A program made the position numbers and the translations under genes. Of a stretch of DNA of 64,000 nucleotides, positions 58,847 to 64,000 are shown piece after piece. The notes beneath the pieces were generated by a model. That model ran no database searches. It was not told where the DNA came from and saw nothing but the letters and a program-made list of their open reading frames with translations. How positions within the stretch are numbered: the first letter of the stretch is position 1; each line of letters begins with the position of its first letter. Where the stretch lies: contig OZ243938.1 in the NCBI GenBank assembly GCA_965214095.1, positions 3,008,001 through 3,072,000 on the forward strand. Reading direction: 5' to 3'. Source of the stretch: Candidatus Poribacteria bacterium (GTDB taxonomy: Bacteria > Poribacteria > WGA-4E > WGA-3G).

Positions 58847-61801
58847 TTATTCTTCATACCAACTCGGAAAAGCAATCCCCTTTTTCTTAAGATCTATCAA
58901 CTCCTTATCAAGATTACACCTTTTCTGCTTTCCGCCGTGTATACTCGGTTCAGCACACAGCATCTCACGTAGAGTCTGCATAGACTCAAGCACGTTGTCG
59001 CTTGTAATACCCAACACCTCAGTTAGCAGACAGCGATCCAACTCCTTACGCACAGGGTCATACGCGCATTCATTGACAGGCAGCATCCGTTTATATTTCA
59101 GACGTTCAAAAATTGCCTCAGCATTTGCTAACGCTTCATCGGAGAGTTCACGGACATCCAGCGTAGGCAGAGTTCGTAATGTTGTTAATCTTAATTTTCC
59201 GCGTCCAGCAGTTTGTTTGCCACTGTGCAACCAGTGACAGAAAAGCCCTAAGGTTGAATTACACCAAAGTGTCCAAGGAATCTCGTGTCTTGGGTTTTCG
59301 AATGCTACGTTCGTTATCAATGTTGGACCGATAGCAGGCTGCTCAGTAAAAAGAACTATTATTGAACAGGCAGTGAATCTTGGAACCATGTTGTAGTGAG
59401 TTCTGCTATTTCGATCTACTCGATTTTGAACTTTAGTTTCAGCGTTTGGAATAGGTATAGCGCGCGAATCTGGGAGGACAAGCATTGATCGCTGGACTTC
59501 GCTCTTTGCATTCCACAAGCAAGCGTACCCATCTTCGTTGTGTTGAAAACCTTCCACTTTACGAAACACACCCCTAACCTCAGCTAATCCCAATGTCGCT
59601 ATGTCTCCGACTTGGCAAATTGGAATCTCAGTAATCGTTTCCTGAAACTCCTGCAGTGGTAATTCTAGTCTGCCTTTTTTCAGTCGTTGGGCAGATTGAA
59701 GTACTGCCATTGACTTCACGCGGACAGCAATCCACCCTTCACCGCGAGGTAAAGGACAGTCAAGCATATATCCGAAAGTTTCCTCTCCGACCTTTATTGC
59801 ATCGCCACCACTTGGCGTATCTTCTAATCGGTACGTTCCGTTACTTCGGATGATTCTGTTAGTAATCTCAAACGCCTCAAGTAAACTTTTTGGACGTTGG
59901 TTTAGGCAAACAAACTTTCCACGTCCTGTATTATTACCTTTCCCTTTTGTGGCAACGATAATGCACTCTGCCATATCTGTATCTGCAGAGAAAGCACAAT
60001 CAAACCCTTTAGCCTCAGCAATGGTTATCACAACCACATCATGATATGCAGTTGCCCACATGTCACGTAATTTCTGGGAAGTTGGTGAAGCTAGCACCGT
60101 TGCAGGCAGGATACAACCCATTACACCTGTAGACTTAAGCATACTGTGGGCAAGTTCTACAAAATAGGAACTGAGTCCTGCTTGTCCATTAGCAATATGT
60201 GCGATTTTTTTCTTGAGGGCGGTTTGCATTGCCTTTGTATACTCTTTAGGTCGATCGCTACCTTGGAATGGAGATTTTGCTCCGTCTATTCCCGCTGGAT
60301 CTGCCCCCGGTTTCGTAAAAGGTGGATTCTGAATAACGATGTCAAATTTTTTGTAAGGAAATTCCTTTTGGAGATCAACAATCCTATTTTCTTCACCACC
60401 AACCTGTTCACCCTCCGTACCAAATAACTTCATATCAAGCAATTCAAGTGAACCTACCGCGTATTTGCTATTGTCTAATTTACCGTAAGGAGCAGTAAGG
60501 ATACGCGTACCACCAAGTTTCATATCAGCATATCTACTTGCAAGTGCAGCAGCCGTAAGATGTGTCGCATTCGGCATAATATCTACACCGCCGATGTTTT
60601 TCTCTAACATCCGCTGATGGATATCCTTGCCATTTCCACCCGCTTGTTCATACAGTGATAAAATACGTTGATAGACACCGTTAAGCAACGCACCTGTACC
60701 GCAGGCGAAGTCTGCAACTTTCGGAAGTTTCCCTTTCGGCAACTCAGGCATTACAAGCGTAGACAGCAGCACAGCACTTTCCGGGAGCGTATAGTTCGCC
60801 TTTACATATTTCCTATCCGTGATTAACTTTTGGAACACAATACCCGAGAGCTCGTGTATCTGCGCGATACCCGTATCAACAAGGTCTTTAGCAGCTTCAC
60901 ACAGGAGTCTTAAGATATGTCTAACAAGCCTGTCATCCGTAGCGAGTGCTTCAACGAGGTTACGAGCATCTTCAAAAATAGGACGATAATTTACCTTAAG
61001 GATAGTGTGCCAGTCGTCAATGACATCAGTATAATCAATTGTCGGTAGGAGTTGGCGGAGTGAACGGACAGATTCCATCTCTGCTTTACCTGCAAGGGAA
61101 CTCTGAAACACAAAAGCATCAGTGATAATCAGTGCTGCCATGCGAAGCGTTTGGATGTTCGGTTTCTCTTCCGAGTTGTCTCCCTCTTTAGAGAAAACCT
61201 CTTGGTGCAAAATTGTCTCAATCTTCTTGCCGATGACAGGATGGTCAACGATAGCATCTTCAAGTAGATATGCTGCCTTGTTGATGCTTTTCTCCATCTC
61301 TTCTGCTGCCGCTTCAAGATGAGAATTCGGCATTGCACCTACGTGCAGAGCATTTGCGATGTCGCTTACTTTGCCTGTTGCCCATCCGTTTTCTGGGAAG
61401 TGTCCTACGGTATCACCGACTGTAGTGACAAGTTTGTATTGTAGGTCATCAGCAGTGCGAAGTTGTGGATTGATATCCTTTCCCGCCATCTTCTTAAAAC
61501 GGTCAGGATAAAGGATTGCCATAACGTTATTGAGCGTTTTCCCGACAACGTGATATTCAGTTTCAAGTTCAAGAACAAGTCTTGTTTCCGCTTGTGTTAT
61601 GAGATTGTTAGCGTTGGTAGTGGTAGCAAATTTCGCTTCAATGCCGACTGGTTCTCTACCGTGTTCAATTACAATGGCATCAAGTTCGCTGTTGCCTTTA
61701 AGGAAAGCGTTGACTTCTGTTTCGAGCTCCCATCCGTGACGCATGTGTCGTAGGATGTTCACCAGTTCATTTGTGATTGTGGTTTCGCGTTGGTTTGCCA
61801 T
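58847..61801 (-). CDS. Fused restriction-modification enzyme (type IIG/IIL-like): nuclease + N6-adenine MTase + specificity region
   Basis: N-terminal LD...IEAK (PD-(D/E)XK-like), motif I DFACGTG, motif IV NPPF in gamma order. Confidence 0.8.
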   Translation of the reverse strand: MANQRETTITNELVNILRHMRHGWELETEVNAFLKGNSELDAIVIEHGREPVGIEAKFATTTNANNLITQAETRLVLELETEYHVVGKTLNNVMAILYPDRFKKMAGKDINPQLRTADDLQYKLVTTVGDTVGHFPENGWATGKVSDIANALHVGAMPNSHLEAAAEEMEKSINKAAYLLEDAIVDHPVIGKKIETILHQEVFSKEGDNSEEKPNIQTLRMAALIITDAFVFQSSLAGKAEMESVRSLRQLLPTIDYTDVIDDWHTILKVNYRPIFEDARNLVEALATDDRLVRHILRLLCEAAKDLVDTGIAQIHELSGIVFQKLITDRKYVKANYTLPESAVLLSTLVMPELPKGKLPKVADFACGTGALLNGVYQRILSLYEQAGGNGKDIHQRMLEKNIGGVDIMPNATHLTAAALASRYADMKLGGTRILTAPYGKLDNSKYAVGSLELLDMKLFGTEGEQVGGEENRIVDLQKEFPYKKFDIVIQNPPFTKPGADPAGIDGAKSPFQGSDRPKEYTKAMQTALKKKIAHIANGQAGLSSYFVELAHSMLKSTGVMGCILPATVLASPTSQKLRDMWATAYHDVVVITIAEAKGFDCAFSADTDMAECIIVATKGKGNNTGRGKFVCLNQRPKSLLEAFEITNRIIRSNGTYRLEDTPSGGDAIKVGEETFGYMLDCPLPRGEGWIAVRVKSMAVLQSAQRLKKGRLELPLQEFQETITEIPICQVGDIATLGLAEVRGVFRKVEGFQHNEDGYACLWNAKSEVQRSMLVLPDSRAIPIPNAETKVQNRVDRNSRTHYNMVPRFTACSIIVLFTEQPAIGPTLITNVAFENPRHEIPWTLWCNSTLGLFCHWLHSGKQTAGRGKLRLTTLRTLPTLDVRELSDEALANAEAIFERLKYKRMLPVNECAYDPVRKELDRCLLTEVLGITSDNVLESMQTLREMLCAEPSIHGGKQKRCNLDKELIDLKKKGIAFPSWYEE

Positions 61802-61827
61802 AATGTTTCTGTTTTAATTTATCGCAA

Positions 61828-63054
61828 TCACTCTGACCTCAAATCAAAAACAGTTTTAAAACTGGCAGTTTTCCCAGTATTCAGGGCAGTTTGGATGGCG
61901 TGCTTGTAGTCTCGGAGGGGAAAGGGAGTACCAACCAAAGGCAGAAATTGCTCCCCATGTTTCTGTAGCAGCTGCAGACCGAGTTGAAATGTATGCAGTT
62001 GTTCATCATTATAAGTTTCAATTCCGTAGGCATAAGACCCTTTAACCTGTAACTGCTTATACCAAATAGAGGTCCAATCTATATTTTTTGGAATTCCAGG
62101 CATACCAATTAAAACAACCTGTCCACCAAACTGTGTAAAACGGAGGGCATCGTCTATGGTAGAACTTGAACCGACACAGTCAAAGGTAATATCTACACCA
62201 CCCTGTAAGACCAACTTACCGATTTCAGGTTGATATGAAGCCGCATTTGTCAATTCACAGAAAACATCATAACTACTACTATTAACCGGAATTATCTCAT
62301 CTGCACCGAGTTTCTCTGCTAATTCCTGTTGATGCGGGTATTTAGCAGAAATAAGGATCCTGTTTTGATGACCCAACATCCGTAGCGATGCAACCGTCAA
62401 CAAGCCTATTGTTCCACCACCAATTACACAGATTTCGTCTGAATCAGAGATTTCTGTTTGTAGGACACCATGCAACGCACACGCAAACGGTTCAAGCAGC
62501 ACAGCAATTTCATCCGATATATCATCAGGCACATGATGAACTTGTGATTGATGTGCCAGCACAAAATCACTCCAACCTCCTCCTGTATCTCTACAAAAAC
62601 CTGTCTGTAGTCCTTCAGCGATACTCCCCTTTGTAACATTCTCACAGTTTACATACTGCTGATTTTGACATTGAACACAAGGGGGATCAATCTCTCGCAC
62701 GCTACAAGCTAATACAGGTTCAACAACTACCCTATCACCGATAGACATACCGTCAACGTCCTCACCCATTTCAGCGATTTCACCAACTATCTCATGTCCT
62801 AAAACAAAAGGGTCTGATGTGAATGGGGACAGATAGACACTCCCCTTGGCTGTAATCGTGGATAAATCTGAGCCACAGATTCCACTCAATCGGTTCTTGA
62901 TTTTCACCCATTGAGGCGTGGGGAGTTGCGGTTCGGGTAGGTCCACGAGACGTGTGCATGAGAGTGGAGACGTATAGAGACTTCTCCACCTATGTCCAAG
63001 GTAGCGTAGGACTACATAACGTTTGATGCTTTTGGTGTATTGTATGGCTTTCAC
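61828..63054 (-). CDS. Zinc-dependent medium-chain dehydrogenase (MDR family)
   Basis: GICGSD, LGHE, structural Cys cluster, GGGTIG, DCVG. Confidence 0.9.
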   Translation of the reverse strand: MKAIQYTKSIKRYVVLRYLGHRWRSLYTSPLSCTRLVDLPEPQLPTPQWVKIKNRLSGICGSDLSTITAKGSVYLSPFTSDPFVLGHEIVGEIAEMGEDVDGMSIGDRVVVEPVLACSVREIDPPCVQCQNQQYVNCENVTKGSIAEGLQTGFCRDTGGGWSDFVLAHQSQVHHVPDDISDEIAVLLEPFACALHGVLQTEISDSDEICVIGGGTIGLLTVASLRMLGHQNRILISAKYPHQQELAEKLGADEIIPVNSSSYDVFCELTNAASYQPEIGKLVLQGGVDITFDCVGSSSTIDDALRFTQFGGQVVLIGMPGIPKNIDWTSIWYKQLQVKGSYAYGIETYNDEQLHTFQLGLQLLQKHGEQFLPLVGTPFPLRDYKHAIQTALNTGKTASFKTVFDLRSE

Positions 63055-63063
63055 GGTATCTGT

Positions 63064-63999
63064 CTAATTTGCCTCGTTTTGATAATACTCCATCAATATC
63101 TCAGCAACTTCAGGTCTTGATATTTCAGGTGGAAGCTGCTCACCTGCGCCAAGCATTTCACGCATTTTCGTGCCAGAAATTGAGAAATAATCATCCGATC
63201 CATGCGGACAGTCACCCATCATAATAATCTTATTGCATTTATTGCACCACATTGTCCAATTACCACGGAATATCTCAATTTCTAACGCATCTTTCGGGAT
63301 GTCATCAAAGATTGTCTGTGCGTCAAATGGACCATAAAAATCACCTGCACCAGCATGGTCACGTCCAACGATAAAGTGGGATGCACCACAGTTCTGACGA
63401 AAAACCGCATGAAGCAGTGCTTCTCTCGGTCCAGCATATAACATATCAAATCCATAACCAGTGATAGAGACGGTATTTTCAGGAAAATAGTGGTCTACCA
63501 TAGTTCTAATTGCGGCATCACGAACAGCAGCTGGAATATCACCCGGTTTCAGTTTGCCAAGCAACATGTGAATTAGAACACCATCAGCATCCACATCTCT
63601 TTGTGCTATCTTACAAAGTTCTTCATGTGCACGGTGCATCGGGTTTCGAGTTTGAAATGCAACTACAGTTTCCCAGCCACGTTTCGTAATGTCTTCGCGA
63701 ATCTCAATGGCTGTTCGGAATGTATCAGGAAAATCCGTTGGAAAATAGGAATAGTTCAAAACTTGAATTGAACCGGATAGCACGTTATCACCAACATCTG
63801 CAAAAGCGGGAACACCCGGATGGTCAGGATCGGTTGTGCCAAAAGTCTTTTCTATAATAAGTTGCTTTTGTTCATCTGAAATCTGTTCTATTGTCGAAAC
63901 TTTCATAATTGCAATGGGTGGATTGCCATCAACATTCGGGTCACGAAGTGTAATACGGTCAGTGTTTTTGACTGCATCCGATAGTTCATCGTCAGAAAC
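63064..63999 (-). CDS. sat: Sulfate adenylyltransferase (ATP sulfurylase), 5' end beyond the window
   Basis: AFQTRNPMHRAHE, MLYAGPREA, GRDHAG, SGTKMR. The frame stays open upstream of 63906 (...TLRDPNVDGNPPIAIMK). Confidence 0.95.
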   Translation of the reverse strand, partial: VSDDELSDAVKNTDRITLRDPNVDGNPPIAIMKVSTIEQISDEQKQLIIEKTFGTTDPDHPGVPAFADVGDNVLSGSIQVLNYSYFPTDFPDTFRTAIEIREDITKRGWETVVAFQTRNPMHRAHEELCKIAQRDVDADGVLIHMLLGKLKPGDIPAAVRDAAIRTMVDHYFPENTVSITGYGFDMLYAGPREALLHAVFRQNCGASHFIVGRDHAGAGDFYGPFDAQTIFDDIPKDALEIEIFRGNWTMWCNKCNKIIMMGDCPHGSDDYFSISGTKMREMLGAGEQLPPEISRPEVAEILMEYYQNEAN

Positions 64000-64000
64000 A

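Noticed and set aside
1-64000. tRNA/rRNA genes
   Set aside because: None recognised in the intergenic regions by eye.

Overview
The window is about 40-45% GC by eye and almost entirely minus-strand coded. It has two halves. (1) 1-45.6 kb is an accessory locus of secreted or surface proteins: two lamin-tail-like domain proteins, three giant modular LRR/cadherin-like proteins (3845 aa; about 3270 aa split by a 1000-bp IS5-family element; 4298 aa) that all end in the same 'N(F/Y)PNPFNPETWIPYQL...ATRKMLIRK' sorting-type domain, a zincin-LRR protein with a different C-terminal motif, orphan fragments of the sorting domain, an internally deleted mini-copy of the 4298-aa gene, and dense nested MITE/REP-like repeats. 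(2) 45.6-64 kb holds a lone primase/helicase-like gene followed by mostly housekeeping genes: ELM1-like protein, TlpA, NCS2 permease, GTP-PEPCK, Omp85, a fused restriction-modification enzyme, a Zn-dehydrogenase and sat. The protein repertoire resembles Candidatus Poribacteria-like sponge symbionts (inference from recall, not searched). The best candidate for an undescribed system is a recombinationally diversified, VLR-like LRR receptor/adhesin locus. Its LRR repeats have a nearly invariant DNA framework but a variable predicted binding face, the two paralogs share a cadherin stalk but carry different LRR tips, and the shared C-terminal-domain DNA sits at rearrangement scars. All family assignments come from motif recognition only.
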